From positions 124,001-188,000 of IMG/VR virus record IMGVR_UViG_3300036770_003657: a DNA stretch of 64,000 bases. One strand, given 5' to 3'. The translations under genes and the position numbers were made by a program. Under the pieces are notes generated by a model. That model ran no database searches, had not been told where the DNA came from, and worked only from the letters and a program-made list of their open reading frames with translations. This document shows positions 1 to 10,500 of this stretch, in pieces. Within the stretch, counting starts at the first letter, position 1. Each line of letters starts with the position of its first letter.

Positions 1-1
1 T

Positions 2-613
2 ATGATTATTAATAGTAATCTATTTGTTAATGGTACTACAGTTGAAGTTAATACAGTTCAAACTACAATTGATGACCCAATCATTACTATTGGTGGTGAT
101 GCTCCTGCTACAGACACTAATGGTCAAACTGATCGTGGTATTGAATTCCGTTGGTGGGATCCTCTAGCTCTTGATGGACAAGGTGCAGCTAAAACAGGTT
201 TCTTTGGTTTTAAAGCCAGCACACGTACTTTTACATTCATCCCAAGTGGTCGTAATGAAAATGAAATTTTTATTGGTGATAGCGGTACAAGTGAAGGTGC
301 TTTTGAAGTTCCAAACTTACAGACTGAAAATATTACCACAGCTCTTAATCAGAACCTAAGAATAGCACCAAGTGGTACTGGTACTGTAGTTATTGAAAGT
401 GCTATTACACAAGGTACTTGGCAAGCTGATGTAATTGATGTTGCTTATGGTGGTACTGGTCGTGTAGAATTACCAGAAGGCGGTATATTATTTGGTAATA
501 ATGATGGTCCAGTAGGTGTTACAAATCCAGCACTAGCTAATGGTAGTTTATTACAAAGTGATTTAGGGGGCAGACCATACTTTAGTAACATAGTAGATTG
601 CGGAACATACTAA
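2..613 (+). CDS. Virion structural/fibre protein, C-terminal part (probably 5'-truncated by the window)
   Basis: Frame is open from the window start. Gly/Thr-rich beta sequence with a DRGIEFRW..AKTGFFGF motif and a C-terminal DCGTY end, typical of T4-like phage fibre proteins. Confidence 0.6.
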   Translation: MIINSNLFVNGTTVEVNTVQTTIDDPIITIGGDAPATDTNGQTDRGIEFRWWDPLALDGQGAAKTGFFGFKASTRTFTFIPSGRNENEIFIGDSGTSEGAFEVPNLQTENITTALNQNLRIAPSGTGTVVIESAITQGTWQADVIDVAYGGTGRVELPEGGILFGNNDGPVGVTNPALANGSLLQSDLGGRPYFSNIVDCGTY

Positions 614-623
614 CCAAAATTTG

Positions 624-630
624 TTAAATA
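624..630 (+). promoter_or_regulatory. T4-like late promoter box (TTAAATA)
   Basis: Variant of TATAAATA just after the stop at 613; the same TAAATA core precedes many structural genes in this window. Confidence 0.5.
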
Positions 631-694
631 GTCTGTAAAGGCTTTTTAGTTAAGAGTTGATATGAAACGTGATTCATTATCTATTATCCTGAAC

Positions 695-723
695 AAAAAA
701 GGGTCTGTAAAAGGCCCATTTTT
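695..723 (+). terminator. Intrinsic terminator-like hairpin
   Basis: A6, then GGGTCT(701-706), GTAAA loop, AGGCCC(712-717), then ATTTTT. Confidence 0.55.
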
Positions 724-757
724 GTATGTAGCGACAGAAAGGAGGCAGGGGTTCTAA

Positions 758-2863
758 ATGGCAGCGCAACAACGAGTAGAACTCTTTAGTGGCCGTGTAA
801 AAAAGGTCAAGCCTACACAAGTCAGCGAACAACGCTACGACTTTTTAAAGTTAAGTGAAGCAGAACCAGATCTAGGTGTACCTGAAACTACAGACAGTGC
901 CGATGTAAGACGTATATTGCTTACTGATAAGAATGGCAAACGCTATTGGAGTGACACTGTACAAATTGATGATAACGGTGATTTACAAAGTAGTGGTCAA
1001 ATACAGGCAGACGCTTTCCATACTGAACGATTAGAAGTAACAGATTCAGGACTTAATGCTAGATTTGTTGGTGAAGATATTAATCTTACAACAAATGGTA
1101 ACTTGCAAACCACTGGACTAGTTAAATTTAATAGTGCAATGGGCGTAAACATAGGTAACCCAGATCAAGGTGCTCTAGTAAGTAGAGCAGTTGCAATGAA
1201 TACAGCCACGCCTGTATCAAGAGGAATGGCACAAATGAATTTTATATTAGGTAAATTAGTACCTAAACCACCCCCAAACTTTCCTAAACTTAAAAATGGA
1301 ACTGATCAAACATTAGCTATACAAAATGTTAATAGTTATAGGATGTGTGATTTTGTTCAAACTGATAACACAAGCAGTAATCGTAATGTAGCAGGTGGTA
1401 CTACAGTAACCGTAGTTAGAAGAGCTGCTACTTATGAAACAAATTATATTAATAATTGTGGCCCAGGTGACAGAGGCACAGTAACAATTTATAAAAATGA
1501 TGTTGCTAGTGGCAGTAAAGCGTTAACAGATGGTCTAGTAGAAGATGAAGATGATACATCACCTAACTACTTATTGGGAACAGATAACGGTTTATACAGT
1601 AATTTACGCATAGCTGATGATAAAGATTATGCTCTGACAGCAGATCCAGCTATTGCTCCACTATTTTGGCAGACTTTTGATGCCAGAGCTGAGGGTACAG
1701 TAACAGAAGGATGGAATGAAGTATACATTGAACACGATCAATTGTTTACAGATCCTGTAACAACTGGAACAACTAATCTAGCTTATTGGTATTATGATGC
1801 TAGCACACCTGGCGTTCCAGTATTTTCTTCAGTTACCTTTACACCAAACGGTAGTCCTACGCTATCATATAGTAGTACTATTCCACATTATGCTAATGCT
1901 ACATCATTTACTTTAGGTTTTGATATTAGTAAACTAAGCGGTGATATGTATCCGACTAGCAATACCTTTATTACCAGTGCAGCAGGTGGTGCGTTTGATG
2001 CTCCTACTCCTTTGACATATGCCAGTGCAGGGATAACTACTCCATTACCTAGGAATTATCTAGCAAGTTCAACTTTACCATTAACAACAACTGTGGCAGT
2101 TAAGTCAGGATTTGGTTCAAGTACTAGCCCAGTAACATTGACAGCTCTAAATAGTTATGGAACTGCTACACAAAATTTTACACCAAGTGGTGGTGTATTA
2201 TTTAAAACTGGAACAAGTAATGCAAGTAGTGTAGAAGAGACAAATATCAGTGTGCCAACAACTAGTTTTGGTAGTGGTAGTGGTAATGCATATAGAATAG
2301 TAAATCCAGGTAGTGGTGATAATCCAAGTTTTACAGCCAACGCAGCAGCATTTAATAGCCAGTCAAGTACCCTACAAACATATGATGCAGTGGTAGTTGG
2401 TAGCGGTAGTCAAGGTGTTTTGAAACACGATGCAACAAATTATAGCACAGGGTTTTTACCACCAGGACCAAATTTAAGTGGACAGGATGCAGATCAATAT
2501 TTTACTTTTGCTTTTGTAAGAGGTGCTATTAGTAAGTTTAATATTAACATTACAGGAACTATAAGAGGTTTATGGGTAGCATTACCAGCCAGTAGCATAC
2601 AAACTAGCATTAATAATTGGTTAGATATGAGTCTTCCATATGCTGGTTCAGGTATTCCAGGTGATCAAGGTAGTGGAAATGGTTCAAATGGTTGCAGTAT
2701 TGGTGGTACAATAACTTTAGGAAGTAGTGTAGCTCAAAGTAAAACCTGTACATTTGGTATTGTAAGTAGTTCTAGTACTGGAACTAATGAAATTTATATA
2801 AGAATTAAACTACAGGCAGGTGATGAAGTTACAGCTCTAAGCTTATCAGGAGCAACTAACTAA
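758..2863 (+). CDS. Virion structural protein (701 aa)
   Basis: Long ORF with SD AGGAGG at 740-745; N-terminal LFSGRVK..RYDFL.L.EAEPDLG.P motif; Ser/Thr/Gly-rich beta composition; fibre gene context. Confidence 0.65.
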   Translation: MAAQQRVELFSGRVKKVKPTQVSEQRYDFLKLSEAEPDLGVPETTDSADVRRILLTDKNGKRYWSDTVQIDDNGDLQSSGQIQADAFHTERLEVTDSGLNARFVGEDINLTTNGNLQTTGLVKFNSAMGVNIGNPDQGALVSRAVAMNTATPVSRGMAQMNFILGKLVPKPPPNFPKLKNGTDQTLAIQNVNSYRMCDFVQTDNTSSNRNVAGGTTVTVVRRAATYETNYINNCGPGDRGTVTIYKNDVASGSKALTDGLVEDEDDTSPNYLLGTDNGLYSNLRIADDKDYALTADPAIAPLFWQTFDARAEGTVTEGWNEVYIEHDQLFTDPVTTGTTNLAYWYYDASTPGVPVFSSVTFTPNGSPTLSYSSTIPHYANATSFTLGFDISKLSGDMYPTSNTFITSAAGGAFDAPTPLTYASAGITTPLPRNYLASSTLPLTTTVAVKSGFGSSTSPVTLTALNSYGTATQNFTPSGGVLFKTGTSNASSVEETNISVPTTSFGSGSGNAYRIVNPGSGDNPSFTANAAAFNSQSSTLQTYDAVVVGSGSQGVLKHDATNYSTGFLPPGPNLSGQDADQYFTFAFVRGAISKFNINITGTIRGLWVALPASSIQTSINNWLDMSLPYAGSGIPGDQGSGNGSNGCSIGGTITLGSSVAQSKTCTFGIVSSSSTGTNEIYIRIKLQAGDEVTALSLSGATN

Positions 2864-4263
2864 TGGCTATCGTTGATAAACAAAAGGTTGACCTATTATA
2901 TAAGAAACTTTTTGGTGTAGCCAAGACTGATTTTAATACACTAAAAGGTGCTAGTAACGAGGTTATTCCTAGTCCAGCACTGATTCGTGGTGATACTGTA
3001 TGGACACAGGCTAATAGTATACCAGCCATACCTGCTGTGGTTCCTAATATTGTTGAATACTTAACAATACAGTGTGAACCTGATGATACAACTACACCAA
3101 TAAGTGGAGTATACCCAACTTGGATAGCTAAAGGTGGTAGTCCTTTAGAAAGATTAAAGTATTGGATACCACCTGAGTTTGGATCAGCTTATTTGATCGA
3201 AGTATATATAGGTGATCCTGATAATGGTGGAACAAGAATATTTGATGCTGGTATAAATGATAAAGGTGCTTATTACTTTGACTATATGTCAGGTATTTTA
3301 AACTTTACAAATTATACCGATAATGGTGGTAGTACAAATGTTATCCCAGATGGGTTAAGTGGTAATGATATTTGGGTAAGAGGTTATAGATATATAGGTT
3401 TTGTTGGTATAACAGATCAACAAGAGGGTAAGTTTGGTAACTTGCAACTTATCAATAATACTATAGTTGCCATAAACACTGATATAAATGATGATCCAGA
3501 TACTGGTGATGTAATAATTCAACCTAGATTAGATGGATATGTTAGGCTACAGGGCAGTAGATTTACTCAACATGCTACAGATACGGATACTGATGACACT
3601 TATGATTCAGGTAATCCTTATAATACTATATATGAAAAAACAAGTTTATTGGCGAGAGCCAGTACTCTTAATGGTGAGGAAGTAGAAGTCACACTAGATG
3701 GACTTAGTCCAAGTAGTACAAATAGATTTGTATTGGCTAATGATACAACTTATAAGGTACAGGTCAATATAACTGGTAGACTGGATGGCGGAACAGAAAG
3801 CGCTATCTGGAATATAGATTTTTTAGCAAGCAGAGGAGCTAATGCATCGACGACGTCAATAATTGGAAACACTATAACTGAGAAAGTTGCTGGGTCGCCA
3901 AGTACCGCAGTAACTATAGTTACGGTCGCCGCCGGAAGTTTTATCAATGGTAATGTTTATAAAATTAAGACATTAGGCACAACTAATTGGGCCAGTATAT
4001 CAAGTGATGGTGCTACTAGAGATTATGAAGTGGGTAGTGTATTCACTGCTATAGGTTCTGGCACTGGAGATGGTACTGCTGATGAATATTTAAGCCCTAC
4101 TGATCAACGTACTTATAGTTGGGCAGTAAAAGCAGAAGCAGATACTACTAATGGATTGATTAAAATATTGGTTAAAGGTCCTAGTAAATTGAGTGGATCA
4201 GATCCAGATAAAACCATCAAATGGTTGGCAGCGATAAATACATTGGACATTTATGAGACCTAA
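2863..4263 (+). CDS. Virion structural protein (466 aa)
   Basis: TAATG coupling to the upstream gene; Thr/Gly/Asp-rich; located between fibre-like genes. Confidence 0.6.
   Translation: MAIVDKQKVDLLYKKLFGVAKTDFNTLKGASNEVIPSPALIRGDTVWTQANSIPAIPAVVPNIVEYLTIQCEPDDTTTPISGVYPTWIAKGGSPLERLKYWIPPEFGSAYLIEVYIGDPDNGGTRIFDAGINDKGAYYFDYMSGILNFTNYTDNGGSTNVIPDGLSGNDIWVRGYRYIGFVGITDQQEGKFGNLQLINNTIVAINTDINDDPDTGDVIIQPRLDGYVRLQGSRFTQHATDTDTDDTYDSGNPYNTIYEKTSLLARASTLNGEEVEVTLDGLSPSSTNRFVLANDTTYKVQVNITGRLDGGTESAIWNIDFLASRGANASTTSIIGNTITEKVAGSPSTAVTIVTVAAGSFINGNVYKIKTLGTTNWASISSDGATRDYEVGSVFTAIGSGTGDGTADEYLSPTDQRTYSWAVKAEADTTNGLIKILVKGPSKLSGSDPDKTIKWLAAINTLDIYET
4234..4240 (+). promoter_or_regulatory. Possible late promoter (ATAAATA) for the 81-aa ORF and the giant fibre gene
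   Basis: GATAAATA inside the 3' end of the upstream CDS, 32 nt before the ATG at 4273. Could be chance in AT-rich DNA. Confidence 0.35.
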
Positions 4264-4272
4264 GGAACGACG

Positions 4273-4518
4273 ATGACGTTGCGCTGGAATATTGATTTTA
4301 AGCCCGCAGACGCAGATTTCTGCTATGTCGACACCTACACAACTCATAATTCTAAAACATTCTACGAGAATATTTTTTACTGTAAGCCAGTAAAATATGA
4401 TGTCGATAGCACCCTATTAAATTATAACAATAATAACAAGCTATTCTACTCAACCTATTGGCCAAATAACGATATAACTCGTCATGCTGTAAGCCAAGGT
4501 GGTAGAATAAGCAGATGA
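4273..4518 (+). CDS. Small hypothetical protein (81 aa)
   Basis: SD AAGGA before the ATG; fills the gap between genes; its TGA overlaps the giant gene ATG (ATGA). Confidence 0.55.
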   Translation: MTLRWNIDFKPADADFCYVDTYTTHNSKTFYENIFYCKPVKYDVDSTLLNYNNNNKLFYSTYWPNNDITRHAVSQGGRISR

Positions 4519-7500
4519 GTGTATTAAAGAGATATTTCCAAGGCGTACAAGGAGTCCAAGACGGTTGGCGCTCCATAATGATTGGCGAAAAGGGTGCCCA
4601 AGGTACTCAAGGCCTACAAGGTGACAGCGCAGTTGGTGGATTTTTCTTATGGGAACAAACTACACCAGCTGTAGTTTGGGAAATTCCTCATAACTTAGGA
4701 GCACGAATTGTAGTCGTGCAGTTGGCCAATACCGATGGTGAAAGTATTCAAGAAGGTTTACCAGGTAGTCCATATATAGAATTTATTGATTCTAGTAATT
4801 TAAAGGTATATTTTAGCACAGCTACAGCAGGATATGCAGCAATTACCAGTGGTGGTGGCTTACAGGGTATCCAAGGTATGCAGGGTATCCAAGGTATACA
4901 GGGTGATTTGGGACCACAAGGTATTCAAGGTCGTCAAGGTACACAAGGTTTACAGGGTATTCAGGGTCTAGGTTTTGTATGGCGTGGCCTTTGGAATATA
5001 AACGAAACTTATAATTTTAATGACGTAGTATACTATAATGGTGGTAGCTGGGTAGCCAAACAACCAAATAGTGGTCAAGCAGCTCCATTCCAAGGTAGCG
5101 CATATTGGGATATAATGACAGCCCAAGGACCACAGGGTATACAAGGTGTACAAGGTAGATTTGGTCCACAAGGACCACAAGGACCACAAGGAACACAGGG
5201 TTTACAAGGTGATTTAGGTATACAAGGTATACAAGGTATACAGGGTATTCAAGGTCGAAGCATTATTTGGAAAGGTTATTGGACTGACACTGATGAATAT
5301 TTTATCGGTGATATGGTATACTATAATGGTGGTAGCTGGGTTTCAACTAGAGATGCTAGTTTATCGGATCCAAACATTAATAAAGAGCCATATGTAGGCA
5401 GTCAATTTTGGGATAAGAGTACTAGCCAAGGTATTCAAGGTGTACAAGGCGTACAAGGTGTACAAGGCGTCCAAGGCGTACAAGGTGTACAAGGCGTCCA
5501 AGGTATACAGGGTGTTGGATTCCAATGGCGTGGTACTTGGAGTGCTACTGAAGAATATGATATTAACCATACAGTATACTATAACGGCTTTAGTTATGTA
5601 AGTTTAATAAGATTCAACACTGGAAATAGACCAGATGACCCAGCTCATGATGATAAATGGGATATTGTAGCAGCACAGGGTGTACAGGGTGTCCAAGGCG
5701 TACAGGGTGTACAAGGTGTCCAAGGTGTCCAAGGTGTACAAGGTGTACAAGGCGTTCAAGGTGTACAAGGCGTTCAAGGTGTACAAGGCGTACAAGGCGT
5801 ACAGGGTGTACAGGGTGTCCAAGGCGTACAGGGTGTACAGGGTGTACAGGGTGTACAGGGTATCCAAGGTTTCAGTATTTTATGGCAAGGACAGTGGCAA
5901 AATAATGTAACCTATAATACAAACCACGTTGTTTATTATGATGGCAACAGCTGGATAGCATTAGAGGATGGAATAGAAGGTATACATCCAGGACCAGAAG
6001 ATGATAACGGTTATTGGGGAAGAATGACCGCTCAAGGTATCCAAGGTCTACAAGGTGTCCAAGGTGTACAAGGTGTACAAGGTGTACAAGGTGTACAGGG
6101 CGTTCAAGGCGTACAAGGTGTACAGGGTGTACAGGGCGTACAAGGTGTACAGGGCGTACAAGGTGTACAGGGCGTACAAGGCGTACAGGGTGTACAGGGT
6201 GTACAGGGCGTTCAGGGCGTTCAGGGTGTACAAGGTGTACAAGGTGTACAGGGCGTACAAGGTGTACAAGGCGTACAAGGTGTACAGGGTGTACAGGGCG
6301 TACAAGGTGTACAAGGTGTACAAGGCGTACAGGGTGTACAGGGTGTACAGGGCGTACAAGGTGTACAGGGTGTACAAGGTGTACAGGGTGTACAAGGTGT
6401 ACAAGGTGTACAGGGCGTACAGGGCGTACAGGGTGTACAGGGTGTCCAAGGTGTACAAGGTGTACAAGGTGTACAAGGTATTCAAGGTATTCAAGGTCTT
6501 GGATTTAACTGGAAAGGTGTTTGGGATCCTAATACTACATATTTTACTAATGATGCAGTATTTTATAATGGTAGTGCTTATAATAGTCAATATGATTATA
6601 ATATAGGTAAACGTCCAGATCTAACATGGGACCCTGAAGCATGGAGTATGATTGCAAGCCAAGGTATTCAAGGCTTGCAGGGTGTACAAGGTGTACAAGG
6701 TGTACAAGGCGTACAGGGTGTACAAGGCGTACAGGGTGTACAGGGTGTACAAGGCGTACAGGGTGTACAAGGTGTCCAAGGTGTACAGGGTGTCCAAGGC
6801 GTTCAAGGTGTACAGGGTGTTCAAGGCAATCAAGGTGTACAAGGCGTACAAGGCGTACAAGGTGTACAAGGCGTTCAAGGTGTACAGGGTGTACAGGGCG
6901 TACAGGGTGTACAAGGTGTACAAGGTGTACAAGGTGTACAGGGTGTACAGGGTGTCCAAGGCGTACAAGGTGTCCAAGGTGTCCAAGGTGTACAAGGTGT
7001 ACAAGGCGTTCAAGGTGTACAAGGCGTTCAAGGTGTACAAGGCGTTCAAGGTGTACAAGGTGTACAGGGTATTCAAGGCTTTGGTATCATTTGGCGTGGT
7101 TTATACGATTTTGATACAAGATATTATCAAAATGAAGTTGTATTCTATAATGGCGCAAGCTGGATTGTAAAATATACTGGTGTAGAAGGGGTAACTCCAG
7201 GTAGTGAAAATCCAACTACTGTACCAGGACCAGAGTATAATGATACATTTTGGGAATTATTAGCTAGTCAAGGTATTCAAGGATTACAAGGTGTACAGGG
7301 TGTACAAGGTGTACAAGGTGTACAGGGTGTACAGGGTGTACAAGGTGTACAGGGTGTACAGGGTGTACAAGGCGTACAAGGTGTCCAAGGTGTACAAGGT
7401 GTCCAAGGTGTCCAAGGTGTACAAGGTGTACAAGGCGTACAGGGTGTACAGGGTGTACAGGGTGTACAGGGCGTACAGGGTGTACAAGGTGTACAGGGTG

Positions 7501-10500
7501 TACAAGGCGTACAAGGTGTACAGGGTGTACAGGGTTTACAGGGCGTTCAAGGCGTTCAAGGTGTACAGGGCGTACAAGGCGTTCAAGGTGTACAAGGTGT
7601 ACAAGGTGTACAGGGTGTCCAAGGCGTACAGGGCGTTCAAGGTGTACAAGGCGTTCAAGGTGTACAAGGTGTACAAGGTGTACAGGGCGTACAAGGCGTA
7701 CAGGGTGTACAAGGTGTACAAGGTGTACAGGGTGTACAAGGTGTCCAAGGTGTACAAGGTGTACAGGGTGTCCAAGGTGTACAGGGTGTCCAAGGTGTCC
7801 AAGGTGTACAAGGTGTACAAGGTGTACAAGGTGTACAGGGTGTACAAGGCGTACAGGGTGTACAAGGCGTACAGGGTGTACAAGGTGTTCAAGGTGTACA
7901 GGGCGTTCAAGGTGTACAAGGTGTCCAAGGTGTCCAAGGCGTTCAAGGTGTCCAAGGTGTCCAAGGCGTACAGGGTGTACAGGGTGTACAAGGCGTACAG
8001 GGTGTACAAGGTGTACAAGGCGTACAAGGTGTACAAGGAGTACAGGGTGTTCAAGGCGTCCAAGGTATCCAAGGTATTCAAGGTCGCGGACCTGTATGGC
8101 GCGGTGATTGGAGTTCTACTGAACAATATCAAACAGATGATATGGTATACTATGATGGTAATACTTTTATTGCTATCACAGGCGACGCTACAACAAGATT
8201 CAGTGGTGTAGAAACTAGACCATTATTAAGCCCAGTAGGAGCAGGTTATCCAGGTGATGTGAACGATACTTACTGGAATAGAATGACCGCTCAGGGTGTC
8301 CAAGGTTTACAGGGCGTACAAGGTGTACAGGGTGTACAGGGTGTACAAGGAGTACAAGGAGTACAAGGTGTACAAGGCGTACAAGGCGTTCAAGGTGTAC
8401 AGGGCGTTCAAGGTGTACAGGGCGTTCAAGGCGTACAGGGTGTACAAGGAGTACAAGGTGTACAAGGCGTACAGGGTGTACAGGGTGTACAAGGCGTTCA
8501 AGGCAATCAAGGTGTGCAAGGTGTACAAGGAGTACAGGGTGTACAGGGTGTACAAGGTGTACAGGGCGTTCAAGGTGTACAAGGTAATCAAGGTGTCCAA
8601 GGTGTACAAGGCGTACAGGGCGTACAAGGTGTACAGGGTGTCCAAGGCGTACAAGGTGTACAAGGTGTGCAAGGCGTACAAGGCGTACAAGGCGTACAAG
8701 GCGTACAAGGTATACAGGGTGTACAAGGCGTACAGGGTGTACAGGGTGTACAAGGCGTACAAGGTGTTCAGGGTGTACAAGGTGTACAGGGCGTACAGGG
8801 CGTACAGGGTGTCCAAGGTGTACAAGGTGTACAGGGCGTTCAAGGTGTACAAGGTGTCCAAGGTGTACAGGGTGTACAGGGTGTACAGGGTGTACAAGGC
8901 GTACAGGGTGTACAGGGTGTCCAAGGTGTCCAAGGTGTACAAGGTGTACAAGGTGTACAGGGTGTACAAGGCGTACAGGGTGTACAAGGCGTACAGGGTG
9001 TACAAGGCGTACAGGGTGTACAAGGCGTTCAAGGCAATCAAGGTGTCCAAGGTGTCCAAGGTGTTCAAGGTGTACAAGGTGTACAGGGCGTTCAAGGCGT
9101 TCAAGGCAATCAAGGTGTACAGGGCGTTCAAGGCGTACAAGGTGTACAAGGCGTACAAGGCGTACAAGGCGTACAAGGTGTACAAGGTGTACAGGGTGTT
9201 CAAGGTGTACAAGGTGTACAGGGCGTTCAAGGTGTACAAGGTGTACAAGGCGTACAGGGTATTCAAGGATTTGGATTACGTTGGAAAGGCGAGTACGATC
9301 CTTCCACAATTTACCAACAAAATGATGTAGTTTATTATGACGGTGATAGCTTTATAGCAGTATATCCAATTGACCATTATAATGCACCGTTTGGACAATT
9401 CAGTGGTCAAGTACCAGAATTTACTCCAGGCGATGTAAACACTACATATTGGAATAGAATAACAGCTCAAGGTATTCAAGGTGTACAGGGTGTTCAAGGT
9501 GTACAGGGTGTTCAAGGTGTACAGGGTGTCCAAGGTGTACAGGGTGTACAAGGTCTACAAGGCATTCAGGGACTACAAGGTGTACAGGGTGTACAGGGTG
9601 TTCAAGGCGTCCAAGGTGTTCAAGGCGTCCAAGGTGTACAAGGCGTCCAAGGTGTTCAAGGCGTCCAAGGTGTACAAGGCGTCCAAGGTGTTCAAGGTGT
9701 ACAGGGTGTACAGGGTGTACAGGGTGTACAGGGTGTACAGGGTGTACAAGGCGTTCAAGGTGTTCAAGGTGTACAGGGTGTACAAGGCGTACAGGGTGTA
9801 CAAGGTGTACAGGGTGTACAAGGCGTACAGGGTGTACAAGGTGTACAGGGTGTACAGGGTGTACAGGGCGTACAAGGTGTACAGGGCGTACAAGGCGTAC
9901 AAGGTGTACAAGGTGTACAAGGTGTACAAGGCGTCCAAGGTGTACAAGGTGTCCAAGGTGTCCAAGGTGTACAGGGTGTACAAGGCGTACAAGGCGTACA
10001 GGGTGTACAAGGCGTACAAGGTGTACAGGGTGTACAGGGTGTACAAGGTGTACAAGGCGTTCAAGGTGTTCAAGGTGTTCAAGGTGTTCAAGGTGTACAA
10101 GGCGTACAAGGTGTACAAGGCGTACAGGGTGTACAAGGCGTACAAGGTGTACAGGGTGTACAAGGCGTACAAGGTGTACAGGGTGTACAGGGTGTACAAG
10201 GTGTTCAAGGCGTCCAAGGTGTACAAGGTGTACAAGGTGTACAAGGTGTACAAGGTGTCCAAGGCGTACAGGGCGTACAAGGTATACAGGGCTTTGGTAT
10301 TATCTGGCGTGGAATGTATGATTTCACAACAAGATATTATCAAAACGAAGTTGTTTTCTACAATGGTGCCAGCTGGATAGTTCGTTATACTGGTGTAGAA
10401 GGATTAACACCTGGTATAGATGACCCAACTACAGTACCAGGACCAGAATATAATGACACATATTGGGAATTACTAGCCAGCCAAGGTATCCAAGGATTAC

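Noticed and set aside
624-757. c-di-GMP-I or other known riboswitch
   Set aside because: Only superficial fragments; the conserved core elements were not found. Kept only as a generic structured leader.
4352-4576. Minus-strand 74-aa ORF
   Set aside because: Overlaps two coupled plus-strand genes; no supporting signals.
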